Sequence record: OR062945.1
Origin: Escherichia phage 308Ecol101PP
Reading direction: 5' to 3' (one strand)
Length of the DNA: 64,000 nucleotides
Made by a program: the position numbers and the translations under genes. Of the stretch, positions 9,811 through 23,804 are shown piece after piece (the stretch's first letter is position 1; each line of letters opens with the position of its first letter). The notes beneath the pieces were generated by a model. That model did not search any database, had not been told where the DNA came from, and was given only the letters and a program-made list of their open reading frames with translations.

Positions 9811-11793
9811 TTAACCACCTACAGCACCAATCAGTTCGTCGAAATCGGCACCAGTTGCTGTTGCTACAAAGTTCAACGTAATATAATTTATCGAGCGGGC
9901 AGGTTGTAAGTAGAAAGTAGCTACAAATTCATTACGGTCGATAACTGCTGGGGTGTTATTGGTAGTATCACAAACAACTTTAAAGTTATATACACCACCG
10001 AGAGCTTTAATACCCTGTAGATATTGAGAAGTCTCTGTACGGAAAGAAGAACGGGTGAATGCGTTGTTCAATTCAAACAGGCGATATTTGGATGCTGAAC
10101 CAATGTTCGTTTTAACCATATTGAACAAACGACGAACGTTAATACGGTCAAATGGTGAAGGAACAGAAGTGGCAGTTTTATCACCGTACAGAACATACCC
10201 ATCACCACCGGTACCAGTAACAGGGTTAATAGCTTCTTGATACAAACGATCACGCTGTGGTTGGCGAGTTTCAATTGCAAGCTTAATAACGTTAAGAATT
10301 TGACCACGGTTATAACCAGCAGGAGACATCCAAGGCTGAGAAATATTGTCTGTGCGAGCACAAAGACCAGCAATATCAGCAGCTAACGGAACCCAACGAT
10401 TCACATCATTATATTTGTCATATTGATATTTATAGTTACCGTCAATAGCCGCGTAAGTAGAACTTACATTAAAGTTATTATCAGTGTAAGTTCCTGACGC
10501 AGTACGCCAATCAACCAGATTATCAACTGCACGATTAACAGGAATACCGACTATAGTTGCACGTGGCGGCGAGCAAAGAACCAAGCAATCTTGGCGAGAA
10601 TCACCAATTGCTACAACATGTTTCTGAACTGTAGAAGCAACTTCTAAAGATTCACCTGCACAAGAACCGGCAATAAACAACTGCGCATTAACAGATTCGC
10701 GGTCAGCAAACAAATCCCAAGCTTCCATTAAATCACCAGCGTCAACCGTTTCATTAGATGATAAGCCGCCACCCAGTTTGATTACGCCAGAGAAACCTTT
10801 TGGCCAACCTTGTGCAGTAGCGAAAATATAATTGCTTGCGCCTTTAGCAAAGAAATCATCAATAAAGATATTACTACCATAAATATCGCGTTCACCACGT
10901 TTAGTAGAAAGAATTACGCTCTGAACTACAGCATCGTTACGACGAACGATAATTGCATATTGGTCATCAGTTTGTGGGCCATACCCAAAGATTGCTTTAG
11001 CAGTAGATGCACGAGTACCACCATCAGGATAAATTTTTAACTGGGCTGAAGCACCTTTGTCATAGTCTGCTTTAGATACGATTTCAATTTCGAGCTGGTT
11101 GCCAAGTTCACCAGGATAAAGAGCAACTACGCCTGGGACACCATATTTTTTAATAGATTCTTGGAAAGTTAGAGAAGTAATAGCTTCTTCAGAAGTTTCA
11201 ACTTCAGTTAACAGAATACCTGAATCGGTTACGATAGAACCAATTGTAATAACGCCAGAGAGTCCAGAAGAAGAACTGGCAACTTCGGCGGTCCAGTTAG
11301 AACCCAATGCCGGATATTCATTAATTTCTTTTGCACGAGCAATAATTTTACCGGTTGGGATATAAATGTTAAGAATTTTACCATCGACATCAACTGAAGT
11401 GACATAACCATCTGCTTCAACAGTTTCGGTCAAATACTTAACGATAATTTTATCACCAACTGCATAGTTACTACCAGCAGCAGAGATTGTGAATTCAATA
11501 TTGCCTGCTACAGGAGATGAGTTCTTAGCAGTATCACGATCAACTGCGCGTACAACACGAAGGTCATTACCATATTGAAGGAAGTTCATAGCAGACATGA
11601 AATAATCTGCTGTATCTGTATTAGGAGTACCAAACATATCAACCAATGCAACTTCATCAGTGATTTGTTTAATCTGGAATGCAGGTCCCCATTGGAATTT
11701 TCCAGCCAGGGCAGCAGTACCAGTGGAGTTATTAACTACAGTACTCTGTACGGTAGTTTCTTTGAGCTCAACGCCCGGAGAGAGAAGTGCCAT
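9811..11793 (-). CDS. 18: tail sheath protein gp18
   Basis: 660 aa; size and synteny of T4 gp18. Confidence 0.95.
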   Translation of the reverse strand: MALLSPGVELKETTVQSTVVNNSTGTAALAGKFQWGPAFQIKQITDEVALVDMFGTPNTDTADYFMSAMNFLQYGNDLRVVRAVDRDTAKNSSPVAGNIEFTISAAGSNYAVGDKIIVKYLTETVEADGYVTSVDVDGKILNIYIPTGKIIARAKEINEYPALGSNWTAEVASSSSGLSGVITIGSIVTDSGILLTEVETSEEAITSLTFQESIKKYGVPGVVALYPGELGNQLEIEIVSKADYDKGASAQLKIYPDGGTRASTAKAIFGYGPQTDDQYAIIVRRNDAVVQSVILSTKRGERDIYGSNIFIDDFFAKGASNYIFATAQGWPKGFSGVIKLGGGLSSNETVDAGDLMEAWDLFADRESVNAQLFIAGSCAGESLEVASTVQKHVVAIGDSRQDCLVLCSPPRATIVGIPVNRAVDNLVDWRTASGTYTDNNFNVSSTYAAIDGNYKYQYDKYNDVNRWVPLAADIAGLCARTDNISQPWMSPAGYNRGQILNVIKLAIETRQPQRDRLYQEAINPVTGTGGDGYVLYGDKTATSVPSPFDRINVRRLFNMVKTNIGSASKYRLFELNNAFTRSSFRTETSQYLQGIKALGGVYNFKVVCDTTNNTPAVIDRNEFVATFYLQPARSINYITLNFVATATGADFDELIGAVGG

Positions 11794-11820
11794 TTTAATT
11801 CCTCTTAATTTGCTTTATTT

Positions 11821-14137
<2,317 letters not shown>

Positions 14138-14146
14138 ATTTACCTC

Positions 14147-14968
14147 TTATTGTTTTCTAGGACCAGGAGGGGTTGGTGGAGTCGGGATTGGAATATCATG
14201 AGTATAAGTTTGTTCAACTTCGCCATTCCAATCTTGTGCTTCAACGTCTCTCGGTTTAATTTCTGTATCAACTGATTCAAAAACACTGGCGGCTGTTTGA
14301 AGGTCTCGTTCATTAGCATGAAAATCAAGATAAGTCGTTTTAATAAGGCCTTCAGCTGCGCCTACCGGAGGATACATCCATCCATTTACTTCAAATGTTA
14401 ATGACCACTCTAAACGTCGACGAGATAAATTATCACCGTCTATTTGTTCATCCATTGCTGCTGCCATCCATACGACTTTAATATCCCTTTCAAATGGAAT
14501 ATCCTGCCCATATTGCTCAATCATAGTCGTATTAAAATGCGGCTGAAAATATGGAATAATTTGCTCAACGATTTGGAACATATCATCTTCATAACGAGTA
14601 AAGATGCTCAGTTCAAAAATCATTTTAATTGGTGATGGGTTGTATTGGTCTACAATATCCTTAGTCGATTTACTCAAAAGAGAGTTATTCAATATATTCG
14701 TTTTAAACGTTGGGTTATAAACGAAATCTACCATTTGGAGATTTATACGTGGTAGAATAGTTTCGACTTTAGCCACATCTTCTTGTGAGTTTATAGAGGT
14801 CCATTTATTAAGTTTCATCATAAAGTGCTCTTTAGATGCATACGTAATAGGAACTCTAATTAATTTATTGCCTGTAGACAATTGACGGTTAACTTGGATA
14901 TTTGAAAACAAATCGCCCATCATTGTGATATATCGCCTGAACGACGAGTTGTAAAAATAACCAAACAT
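14147..14968 (-). CDS. 15: tail sheath stabilizer / connector gp15
   Basis: MFGYFYNSSFRRY... matches T4 gp15; start taken at second Met. Confidence 0.9.
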   Translation of the reverse strand: MFGYFYNSSFRRYITMMGDLFSNIQVNRQLSTGNKLIRVPITYASKEHFMMKLNKWTSINSQEDVAKVETILPRINLQMVDFVYNPTFKTNILNNSLLSKSTKDIVDQYNPSPIKMIFELSIFTRYEDDMFQIVEQIIPYFQPHFNTTMIEQYGQDIPFERDIKVVWMAAAMDEQIDGDNLSRRRLEWSLTFEVNGWMYPPVGAAEGLIKTTYLDFHANERDLQTAASVFESVDTEIKPRDVEAQDWNGEVEQTYTHDIPIPTPPTPPGPRKQ

Positions 14969-15020
14969 CATTTCTCCTAACCGGCCTTTCGACCGGTGTT
15001 TGCTTTATCTTATCTATTTA

Positions 15021-15785
15021 TTAATTCATAAACCCATCGTCAAATGGTGAATTTTGTCTACCACGGTTGTTAACTACTACATACGGCTCAACGTATTCAC
15101 TTGCCTCTGAATTGATTTGCTCAACTTCAGAATATTCATCGATATTAATGTCATGGATACCGTCAAGATTTCTAACAGGGTTAAGTTCCAAGTCACTAAA
15201 TTCAGGTATATTGATACCTTCATTTTTCTGAAGCACCGGATTGATTTCTTCGCCAGAGTAAATAAACTTGCCTGCAGTAATTTTACGAATCGCATTTTTA
15301 CCTACTTGATAGAATGGGTCATATGGTTCAACCCAGTTAATCTCAAACAAACTGTTGTCCATTGGGAAGTATATTAAATCACCTTCCTTAGGCTCCTGAT
15401 TGTTGACCTGGTGTTTGAAAAGACCCGGGTTAATAGATAATGTAACCTCGTCTTGAACTTGCATTCCGAAGTTGCTGAAGAACGATTTCGCTCCTTCATA
15501 ACCTTCAAAAGAGTTCAGATATGCAGCAAATTTCCATGCTTTAGTAAATTTATTTTTAAGGTCCTCACCAAAGATAAGGTCCACGGCAACATATTCACGT
15601 GGAACATAAAAACATTCAATACCGCGCATCTGTATGCTTTCTGCTACTAACACATCAGCTAGGGTTTGACTATTTTCGTATTTGTTGAAGTTCACGTATT
15701 TGTTTAAAATCTCGGTTTCATTAGTTTTAGAATAGCCTTCTCGGTTTTCTAACTTTGCAAATAAATTTGAATTATACGTCGACAT
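15021..15785 (-). CDS. 14: neck protein gp14
   Basis: 254 aa; size and synteny of T4 gp14. Confidence 0.9.
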   Translation of the reverse strand: MSTYNSNLFAKLENREGYSKTNETEILNKYVNFNKYENSQTLADVLVAESIQMRGIECFYVPREYVAVDLIFGEDLKNKFTKAWKFAAYLNSFEGYEGAKSFFSNFGMQVQDEVTLSINPGLFKHQVNNQEPKEGDLIYFPMDNSLFEINWVEPYDPFYQVGKNAIRKITAGKFIYSGEEINPVLQKNEGINIPEFSDLELNPVRNLDGIHDINIDEYSEVEQINSEASEYVEPYVVVNNRGRQNSPFDDGFMN

Positions 15786-16407
15786 AATTCCATCCTGCCC
15801 ATTTAGGTTTGTTGTTTTTGCATCGGCCTATAACCGCGCTTGATGTGATATTAAATTCTTCACCACATTCTTTGCAGGTGTTAAATATTTTACCATTTAC
15901 ACTAACTTTTCGAGCTGCTGGATTTTTTGAACCAGAAAAATCAGGATGTCTATGTTTGAAATCTTTCCACATTCTTGCTGTAGATTCTTTACGTTTTCTT
16001 AACCCTTCTTCAGTCCATTTTCTTGATTTTGCGGCGTCAGACATTTTCTTTTTAGATTGGACTGAACGTTTTTGTCCTATAGATGGATTATCTTCTGGGT
16101 TAATATATGACCTTCCGCCTGCACCACCTTTAACAAGATTTGCGCAATTTTCTAAAATGGATAATTCATCTACCAGTAACTCTTCAGCTTCATCCATTAG
16201 AGCTTTAGATTCAAATGGCTTAGACCATATAATTTCTTTTATACAAGACGGACCGTATTTTCTTTTGGCCCTTCGTATAAAGGTACCAGACCCAGTATAA
16301 GGGTCTTTTGAAGGGTCTTCGTAAACTGATTTGTGTTTACCGCCATAAATCTTTATACCGGTGGATGTTTCAAATGTTGTAATATACAATCTGTAGTATG
16401 TTGCCAT
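15772..16407 (-). CDS. putative freestanding homing endonuclease (GIY-YIG-like N-terminus, basic CxxC-containing C-terminus) between genes 13 and 14
   Basis: 211-aa ORF; [20 protein letters not shown] resembles the GIY...YIG motif pair; C-terminal [10 protein letters not shown]; no counterpart between T4 genes 13 and 14. Confidence 0.45.
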   Translation of the reverse strand: MATYYRLYITTFETSTGIKIYGGKHKSVYEDPSKDPYTGSGTFIRRAKRKYGPSCIKEIIWSKPFESKALMDEAEELLVDELSILENCANLVKGGAGGRSYINPEDNPSIGQKRSVQSKKKMSDAAKSRKWTEEGLRKRKESTARMWKDFKHRHPDFSGSKNPAARKVSVNGKIFNTCKECGEEFNITSSAVIGRCKNNKPKWAGWNYVDV

Positions 16408-16408
16408 A

Positions 16409-17335
16409 TTAACCTACCAAAATACCTGCAGGAGGGTCCAGTAAATATAACTCTTCTCGTAAAGCTTCTTTCTCTAAACGAGCTTCTTCAATTAATCGAA
16501 CACCATCAACAGTGACGCCACCCGGTAACATCATACCTTGATGTTTAGCAAGAATTTGTCCATTAAGCTCTTTAGCTAATGCAGTTGCATAATCTTTAAC
16601 CCAGCGGTTGTTGTATGCGCCTTGTTTAGTTGCAGGATCTTCACCAACTCGTCGTCCGACCAAATTATGGTCTGGATTATCATAACGTTCAGAAATAGAC
16701 CATGAATCACGAGGACCTACTTGACCGTACCCTACTGTATTTCCTACCATCTTATGGGTCTCGATATAAGAGCGAACATACGATTCAACGATAATGACAT
16801 CTTTCTGTCTAAAGTTACCCATTACTTTTAATTGCTCGTTTGCAGAGTTAAACCAAAAATCTGGAAGAGGAGCAATCATATCTTGAAGCATACCCATATA
16901 AGATACTAATTGAGAATAATACCCGAGGTCAGCGCCAAAAGCGTTCGGACCGTAGAATTTACCACAATTACTACCCATACCACCTGAAACACCTGCCATT
17001 CCTAAAAGGAAATCAGTGAACCATGGATAAGTTGCATTACCATCCATTGAAGTAATAGAGCCAACATTTGTTCTTATAATTCTTGTTACAGCAAATACGT
17101 TAGAACCGCGCATATCAAATACGCCGTGACGGTATTTTTCTTCGTCATCAACAAAAAATACATGGAAACCTTTATTCAACCCGTCAAAATGGTATTCGCC
17201 ATAAAGTTCTAACGCTCGTGAAATACAATCATAAATTTGGTCTGTAGTTAATTCAACATTTACAATAGGAGCGCCTAAACGACGTAATATTACGTCCTTT
17301 AATTCTTTAGGGTTTTGTGCATTATAACCTGACAT
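16409..17335 (-). CDS. 13: neck protein gp13
   Basis: 308 aa; [24 protein letters not shown]... matches T4 gp13. Confidence 0.93.
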   Translation of the reverse strand: MSGYNAQNPKELKDVILRRLGAPIVNVELTTDQIYDCISRALELYGEYHFDGLNKGFHVFFVDDEEKYRHGVFDMRGSNVFAVTRIIRTNVGSITSMDGNATYPWFTDFLLGMAGVSGGMGSNCGKFYGPNAFGADLGYYSQLVSYMGMLQDMIAPLPDFWFNSANEQLKVMGNFRQKDVIIVESYVRSYIETHKMVGNTVGYGQVGPRDSWSISERYDNPDHNLVGRRVGEDPATKQGAYNNRWVKDYATALAKELNGQILAKHQGMMLPGGVTVDGVRLIEEARLEKEALREELYLLDPPAGILVG

Positions 17336-17347
17336 ATAAATCCTTTA

Positions 17348-17361
17348 GGGCCCGAAGGCCC
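17348..17361. other. GC hairpin between wac and gene 13
   Basis: GGGCC-cgaa-GGCCC; T-run on plus side, so strand of action unclear. Confidence 0.4.
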
Positions 17362-17367
17362 TTTTCA

Positions 17368-18816
17368 TTAAGCTGTAGGAAGTTCAACCCATGCACCGTC
17401 TTTGCGAACATAGAATTTACCGTCTGAAGGAGCATCTTCAATATATCCAGCGTCCTTAAGAGTTTGGATTTCAGCTTCTGCAGCGGCCAAATCAGTTTCA
17501 AGAGTAGCAATTCTAGAAGTTAAACCATTAATTGTCGTATCGTGACTTTTAACTGTAGGCAATATACCACGTTCTTCAACAGTCGAACCATTTGGGTTGG
17601 TGCCGTTTATAAGAGTATTTAATGTGTTTACAGAACCCTTAATCCCTGTGGTATTAGTCCCAACATCAGTTTGAATGTTCTGAATGTCATTACTCATCTC
17701 ACCGATAGACCCTTCAAGCGCTCGAGTACGATAAAGCAAAGAGCCGTCTGGTTCCGGTTTCCCACCTGAAGCGTCAACACCAACTACGTTATTTAACCAT
17801 GACACATTAAAACGCAATCCTGACGAAGAATCAGAGCCGACAACAGTGTTCAATGCTCCGATAGCATCAGTATTGAGTTTAATACGTCCTTGGATTGTAG
17901 TAGGCAAATCATCGGCGCCAATGGCAGTTTCTACTGTAGTCAAACGAGGTTTAATACCACCCGATTGATTGAGCTCAAGATTAATGTCGTTTATTGCTGA
18001 ACTATTCGCATTAGTTGTAGTAATAATAGAAGTCGTATTAGGATACCCAATAGACTGTTTAATGCCATCTAAGTCAGCATTTTGTCGCGACAAAGTTAAA
18101 TCAATACCGGAAAGACGACTAAATACTGGAGTAGTGAAAGAAGTGCGAGGTCCCATTTCTTCGCGTAAGTGTTCGACTTCATTAGTTAAAGAGCCGACGT
18201 CAGAATCAGCAAATTTAGTTTCTAAATCAGTTAATCGAACACCGTGGTCAACAATCACGGAGCTATTAGTCATAATACGGCGTTTCATACCAGTGCTATC
18301 ATTTCCTGGAGTAGGAACCCCATTAATATCTTGACCGGTATATTGTCCTAATTCATTTTTAATCCAAAGCAGGTCGTTACGAACAGTTCTATAAACTGAA
18401 TCTGTTTCCTGATTATAAACACCAATATCATCAGTATTCGCATCAATATGTTCATTCAAATCATTCAATTCACTAGCATGGGTTTGAACTGTGACTTTAA
18501 TGACATCGATATCTTGGGTGTTCTGGCCTATCTGTGCAAGAGCATCAACATCCCCAGAAACATCTAAAATACCTTGAATAACTTTGATATCTTCATTGGC
18601 CGTATTCAAAGAAGATGCTATAGTTTTAATATTAACATCTAACGCTTCTACGTTACGTTGAACTTCAACAATAGGACGGTTCATTACACCTTCAGAACCG
18701 TATTTTGTGTCAGCACCTGTTATTTCTTCATCGTTTTTAATCCATTCAATACGACTCTGACCCGCGTCTGGCGGGCCGTCAACATATGGTAAATCTACCA
18801 GAGTTATATCAGTCAT
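17368..18816 (-). CDS. wac: fibritin (whisker antigen control)
   Basis: 482 aa; [16 protein letters not shown]... and C-terminal foldon GYIEDAPSDGKFYVRKDGAWVELPTA match T4 Wac. Confidence 0.95.
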   Translation of the reverse strand: MTDITLVDLPYVDGPPDAGQSRIEWIKNDEEITGADTKYGSEGVMNRPIVEVQRNVEALDVNIKTIASSLNTANEDIKVIQGILDVSGDVDALAQIGQNTQDIDVIKVTVQTHASELNDLNEHIDANTDDIGVYNQETDSVYRTVRNDLLWIKNELGQYTGQDINGVPTPGNDSTGMKRRIMTNSSVIVDHGVRLTDLETKFADSDVGSLTNEVEHLREEMGPRTSFTTPVFSRLSGIDLTLSRQNADLDGIKQSIGYPNTTSIITTTNANSSAINDINLELNQSGGIKPRLTTVETAIGADDLPTTIQGRIKLNTDAIGALNTVVGSDSSSGLRFNVSWLNNVVGVDASGGKPEPDGSLLYRTRALEGSIGEMSNDIQNIQTDVGTNTTGIKGSVNTLNTLINGTNPNGSTVEERGILPTVKSHDTTINGLTSRIATLETDLAAAEAEIQTLKDAGYIEDAPSDGKFYVRKDGAWVELPTA

Positions 18817-20399
18817 TATTTTACCTTAATGATATAGTTTAAAGAAATATTCCATGGGCGAGTTTCATTTCCAATTAATTCTGGACGATTCATGGTATAT
18901 TTAGAGTTACGCTGAGACGCTGGATCAATTTCATATCCCTCGTTAGTAAAATACGAACGGTTATCCCAGTCAAGTCCTTTACGAGTACCAACAAAGTTTG
19001 AACGACGAGTATTACCAAATGCACCGGAATCGTCATGTTCACCAAAACCACCGGCATGCTTATGATATGACATCTGTTGTTTTTGCACTTCACCAACATA
19101 TCCACCGGTACAACCTACCGCCAGACGAGGCTTACCGAATTGGTCATTACCATTAACATTAGGGTTAGTTAAATGGTTACCACGACCTGAGCCGCGAACA
19201 AATAATCCACGCATATCAGGCAAGCCTGGGTTAGAAGAACTACCACCATATCGTGTCCCAATTCTGGAAGCATATACCGGACATTCCGAAGCAGAAACGG
19301 TCCCACCGTGACAGAAGCGCCAGTCAGAACTCGGTAAACTATCTGCAGCCCACATTGTAATAGCGCCAACTGGAAGAATTCGGTCTAATTCATTTTGAGT
19401 CACAATACGATTGCCTTGAATATAACCACCAGTCATATTGACATTACCAGTTATATTAGCGCCACCAGAACCGACCGTCAACGTATTATTAATGCGAAGC
19501 GTGCCATTAATAGTTTGTCCGCCTCGTTGGTGGATAACATCAGCATTCCAAGCAAGGGCAGAAGAACCATCACCACCTGATTGGCTACCCGCTTGTGTAG
19601 TTAAACGAACAACTCCACGTAAAGAAGTTGTAGCCCCACGTCCGTTTAATGTTGCGCCGGTCACTACAACTGAAGAGTTGTTACTATTTACTTCAGTCTG
19701 TGTCCCTAGTTTAACGACACCTTTATTAGTTTCTGATGCTACTGAATTCATAAAGGTATAAGGTGAAATTGCATAGCCTTCACGCAGGGTGCCTTGTTGT
19801 GCTTGAGCAACTGTAGCCAAACGAACAACACCGGTAATAGATTCGGTGGCGTCGCTATTATTTGGAGCAATTTGTGAAATAAGTTTAATTGCTAATTGTT
19901 GCGTTTTTAACGGAGTCATTGCTGTTGTATCGTCAGAACCAGCTAATGCCGCAGCAGAAGTTGAAATTTTAATTACACCATTTGTTGCTTCTGTTGACAC
20001 TTTTGTCTGAAATACATTGTCTATTTTTTGATTCAATTTAAGCGGAGTAATTGATGCATCGTCAATAGCTCCGGTTACTGCTTCATCTTCAGTAGCATAA
20101 CGAGTTAAGCCATATTGAGTTTCGGTTGCATTAGGATATTGTAGACGAGCATTCAGTGTTGCCGGAGTAACAGCTTTACTATTATCTAATCCATCAATAA
20201 CTTCTTGTGGAGTAGCTATTTGAATAATTCCTGGTGTAGTAGTTGTTGCTTCCGGTACGCCGTTAACACCTGAAGGAGAAATAGCAGCTAATGCGGCTTG
20301 GACATTAGTGACTGTATCTGGAAAATTCGACCCCGTAGGGTCGAATTCAACGTAAATGGATTCGTTTGAAACGTGTTGGTATGTATTGTTATTACTCAT
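18816..20399 (-). CDS. 12: short tail fiber gp12
   Basis: 527 aa; [14 protein letters not shown]... and C-terminus [10 protein letters not shown] match T4 gp12. Confidence 0.95.
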   Translation of the reverse strand: MSNNNTYQHVSNESIYVEFDPTGSNFPDTVTNVQAALAAISPSGVNGVPEATTTTPGIIQIATPQEVIDGLDNSKAVTPATLNARLQYPNATETQYGLTRYATEDEAVTGAIDDASITPLKLNQKIDNVFQTKVSTEATNGVIKISTSAAALAGSDDTTAMTPLKTQQLAIKLISQIAPNNSDATESITGVVRLATVAQAQQGTLREGYAISPYTFMNSVASETNKGVVKLGTQTEVNSNNSSVVVTGATLNGRGATTSLRGVVRLTTQAGSQSGGDGSSALAWNADVIHQRGGQTINGTLRINNTLTVGSGGANITGNVNMTGGYIQGNRIVTQNELDRILPVGAITMWAADSLPSSDWRFCHGGTVSASECPVYASRIGTRYGGSSSNPGLPDMRGLFVRGSGRGNHLTNPNVNGNDQFGKPRLAVGCTGGYVGEVQKQQMSYHKHAGGFGEHDDSGAFGNTRRSNFVGTRKGLDWDNRSYFTNEGYEIDPASQRNSKYTMNRPELIGNETRPWNISLNYIIKVK

Positions 20400-21055
20400 G
20401 AGGCTCTCACAAAGTGGTAGAAAACGGTAGGAGTGCTATGGTTATCAAGAGTAACCGTTTGGGCACCCAATAAATTCCATGTTCCGTATCCGGATTTTGC
20501 TTCAGACAAAATTTCTTGCGAAATTGTTACACCAAACGAAGCATATGTTGGCAACACATGACGTTGGTTATCTAAATATGTCACCTGAAGTTTATTACCT
20601 TCGGTCGGATGGTCTTTATAAGAAGAAATAGCGATTTGATTAGCAATGGCTTCTTGTAAAGCTATACGAACTTGTGCCGTTAATTCGTTATCAGTCATAC
20701 CGATTGTTGCTTTAACAGCAAGTCCAAATACGTTAATAACGACCGGCGTTCCAGGGGTCAAAGTATCGTCGAGAACATCACCAGAAAAAGTCCAATAATC
20801 AACTTGTGCTGTACCTTCAGGTGATATGCCTGAAGTGTTTGTGACAACAGTACCAATATCAGCTCGTGCCATATTATGGACATCATTTATTGCAGATTCT
20901 ACGTTAGCATCATAAAAACCGCGAGCTAACTGAGAAATAGTCACAGAACCTACAGCTTGGTTGTTTAAAACATCGATTTGAGCCGGATTTTTTCTGTAAT
21001 TCAAAAAATCAGCATGACGGGAAATAACTCCCGCCTTTGTATTAAGTACAGTCAT
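20396..21055 (-). CDS. 11: baseplate wedge / short tail fiber attachment protein gp11
   Basis: 219 aa from Met aligned to T4 gp11 N-terminus; TAATG overlap with gene 10 stop. Confidence 0.9.
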   Translation of the reverse strand: MTVLNTKAGVISRHADFLNYRKNPAQIDVLNNQAVGSVTISQLARGFYDANVESAINDVHNMARADIGTVVTNTSGISPEGTAQVDYWTFSGDVLDDTLTPGTPVVINVFGLAVKATIGMTDNELTAQVRIALQEAIANQIAISSYKDHPTEGNKLQVTYLDNQRHVLPTYASFGVTISQEILSEAKSGYGTWNLLGAQTVTLDNHSTPTVFYHFVRAS

Positions 21056-22860
21056 TATGCAATCCTTACCCAACGGTATACAGTTATAGATGGCTGAATA
21101 TTAGTTATAGAACGCGCTGGAACATGAGATCCATTAGTCTTTGCATGGTCTTCACGATATTTAGTGTAAATAGGACCTTCTTCATCTGGGTCATATTGGC
21201 AACCGCCTATAATTACTGTACCATTATCATCAGAAATAAGAACCTTTTCATCGGTTTGTGTAGCTGGTAAATCAGCATTTTCTAATGTGATGGTTGTTAC
21301 ACCGACGGTCCCACCTGCGGTATGAGTAGGGTTACCATTGACGTCAAGGTCATTATTATTTAATGCAAAATTAGGATCCGACGCGTCATCATTCCAACCT
21401 GCTAATACTTTGCCTTGTCCCCAAATTTTCCACGAACCAAAACCTAAATAAGTTGCCGGATTATTAGGGTTAACCGCATTTTCGTAAATAGTCCCGACAG
21501 GATAAATTGTATCAAATATTGCTGAGATAGTCGAGAATTCACGTTCATATTTAGGAACAGGTTCTACATTAGGCCATCCAATTTTATCGAAATCGGTTAA
21601 TGCAACGTCACCAGTAATTTCAATGTTAGACCCTTGAGAAACATATTTCTCATCAGCGACATCAAGGATTTCTTCCATTTCAAGAAGAGTTCCTAAATCG
21701 TTATTAAACCATGTGATGGTAATAATGTCTTGGTCTTCAAATTGACGGTCAAACAGAATTGCGCTAGGGATATTATCAGTATATTCAATCGCATAATCTG
21801 TATACGATTGGGTCCATGTCCCGCCGAGGTTTGTGCATGACTCTTCAGAATCAGCATCCACACCTTCACAACGGAAAATAGGAGTACCAACAGTACCAGC
21901 TAATTCTTGGAGAATACCATTGAAGCGAACTTCTAATGAATTCGGGTTAGGTGGTTCTGTAGGATTAATACCAAATGCTGTAAATGGAATAGACCGGAAC
22001 GTACTCAAATCAGTGACGTAAATACTTCCGTCAATAGACTTTTTAGCAGTCAATTTACTATCTAAAATGCGAACTTGACGACGAGTATATGAACTACGCC
22101 ACTGAGAAACACCATCTAGAAATGTCTCAATTTGTACGGTGTCGCCAACATTACATGGTTGGCGTAATCTAATATTAAATCCATCGAGTGCAACCAGTTC
22201 ACCAGGATTAGCGCCTGGAGAACCAAAATCACTATTATCACTGAATACATCACCATAATACAATTCGTTGCCACGATGTTTTACGCGAATGTTGTTAACG
22301 TTATAAGAGGTCCCGTTAAAAACATCCATGAAATCGGTCTGACCTTGGGTTTCAACCAGATATTCTCTACGAGCAACATTACTAATGTCAGAGCTAACTA
22401 TTTTATCAATTTGTTTGTTCTTGATGTATTCCCAACGTCCAGGAGCACAATAAACTAATTCTAAATCAGAGAACTGAACGTTAATTTCTACCGGAGATGA
22501 AGAACCTTTAATCGTGTCTCCGTTTGCCGGAATTAAAGTAACAGGGTTAATGTTCCAAGTTGCAAATACGTCACGAGCACGAATAACTTTATTATAGTCT
22601 GCAATTGTCCCTTTAGGAAGATTTACCGAAACTCGTCCAGAAGTAGTATTAATTGCATAAGATTTACCCCAAGCGGCATTAAGATTAAGACCATCAGCCG
22701 CATCATAAGTCTTCCATGCGCCAGCTGAATAAGGAACTTCACCATCACCTAATTCATAATAGATTTCGTCAAAGTTCTCATTTATTTTTTCACCACCTCG
22801 ACGAAGGTAATCGCCTTGTCCGTCATCAACGACGTTACCAATTTTAATATTTTGTTTCAT
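21055..22860 (-). CDS. 10: baseplate wedge protein gp10
   Basis: 601 aa, size and synteny. Confidence 0.9.
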   Translation of the reverse strand: MKQNIKIGNVVDDGQGDYLRRGGEKINENFDEIYYELGDGEVPYSAGAWKTYDAADGLNLNAAWGKSYAINTTSGRVSVNLPKGTIADYNKVIRARDVFATWNINPVTLIPANGDTIKGSSSPVEINVQFSDLELVYCAPGRWEYIKNKQIDKIVSSDISNVARREYLVETQGQTDFMDVFNGTSYNVNNIRVKHRGNELYYGDVFSDNSDFGSPGANPGELVALDGFNIRLRQPCNVGDTVQIETFLDGVSQWRSSYTRRQVRILDSKLTAKKSIDGSIYVTDLSTFRSIPFTAFGINPTEPPNPNSLEVRFNGILQELAGTVGTPIFRCEGVDADSEESCTNLGGTWTQSYTDYAIEYTDNIPSAILFDRQFEDQDIITITWFNNDLGTLLEMEEILDVADEKYVSQGSNIEITGDVALTDFDKIGWPNVEPVPKYEREFSTISAIFDTIYPVGTIYENAVNPNNPATYLGFGSWKIWGQGKVLAGWNDDASDPNFALNNNDLDVNGNPTHTAGGTVGVTTITLENADLPATQTDEKVLISDDNGTVIIGGCQYDPDEEGPIYTKYREDHAKTNGSHVPARSITNIQPSITVYRWVRIA

Positions 22861-23732
22861 TATTGAGCGACCCCAATTTTCTGAGTTGAGATAATTTTAA
22901 CTGCTGAACGTAATCCAATAATATCAGATGTAATCGTCATAGTAACAAAGTTGTTAATAATACTAAAGCTAATATTAGCAATCTCGTCGGTTTCATCTAC
23001 ATTACCAACTCGCATTACTGCAAATTCGGTAGAAAGAACTTCTGAGTTAATTGTATCTATTAGAATATTTATTTCGCATGTTTTTATTTTTCTACCGTCG
23101 GCGGATTGGCATGTAACAAGCAATTTAGCCATGTTATAATCTGTGCGATAAAACAGAGGAATAGAAACTGTGTTTCCTGTAAGACTCCAAGTCCCATCGA
23201 CAGGAGATTCTTTCTGCCCAAACATGCTATCAGTAGAATAATTCCATACTGAAGTCGGCCCATTAAGTTCAATACAACGAAGAACAACATGGGTATAAGG
23301 GGTGGAAATAACAAGATTATTAAGAACGCCTTTAATTGAACCATCGGTTACTTGGATACTTAAAGGATTGTTAACAGAAATAGACCCATTAGAGTTTATG
23401 AATTCTACAGAGTCACCTAATTCAGGACGGTCAATAATAACAATCACACCGCCATCAGAAGCATCAATATCATGCATGGTGCCGGGTTTAATAGGAGTTT
23501 GATAATCGACCGCCTTTCCTTTTTGATAATAACCTGTGGCATGAATAGTTTGACCTGTAGGTCCGGTTCCATCTGCTACGGCCATTTTACGTTGATCGCC
23601 AAATGCATTGTAAATAGCGTTGATATCGTCATTTATTTTATTACCACCGTCGAATAAGATATCACCTGTTGAGGCATTACCAATTTCGCCGGTATCGATT
23701 AATTGTTTAGGAGTTTGCTTAAAAAATGCCAT
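22860..23732 (-). CDS. 9: baseplate wedge protein gp9 (long tail fiber socket)
   Basis: 290 aa; ...QLIDTGEIGNASTGDILFDGGNKIN... matches T4 gp9. Confidence 0.95.
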   Translation of the reverse strand: MAFFKQTPKQLIDTGEIGNASTGDILFDGGNKINDDINAIYNAFGDQRKMAVADGTGPTGQTIHATGYYQKGKAVDYQTPIKPGTMHDIDASDGGVIVIIDRPELGDSVEFINSNGSISVNNPLSIQVTDGSIKGVLNNLVISTPYTHVVLRCIELNGPTSVWNYSTDSMFGQKESPVDGTWSLTGNTVSIPLFYRTDYNMAKLLVTCQSADGRKIKTCEINILIDTINSEVLSTEFAVMRVGNVDETDEIANISFSIINNFVTMTITSDIIGLRSAVKIISTQKIGVAQ

Positions 23733-23764
23733 AATTCTGCCTTTTGTTGTCCGATATTATATTC

Positions 23765-23772
23765 TATTTATA
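23765..23772 (-). promoter_or_regulatory. late promoter for gene 9
   Basis: TATAAATA on minus strand about 33 nt upstream of ATG at 23732. Confidence 0.55.
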
Positions 23773-23774
23773 GA

Positions 23775-23795
23775 TACAAAAATGGGAGCCCGAAG
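23775..23795 (-). terminator. terminator downstream of gene 8
   Basis: GGGAGCC-cgaa-GGCTCCC hairpin followed by T-run on minus strand. Confidence 0.6.
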
Positions 23796-23804
23796 GCTCC
23801 CTAA

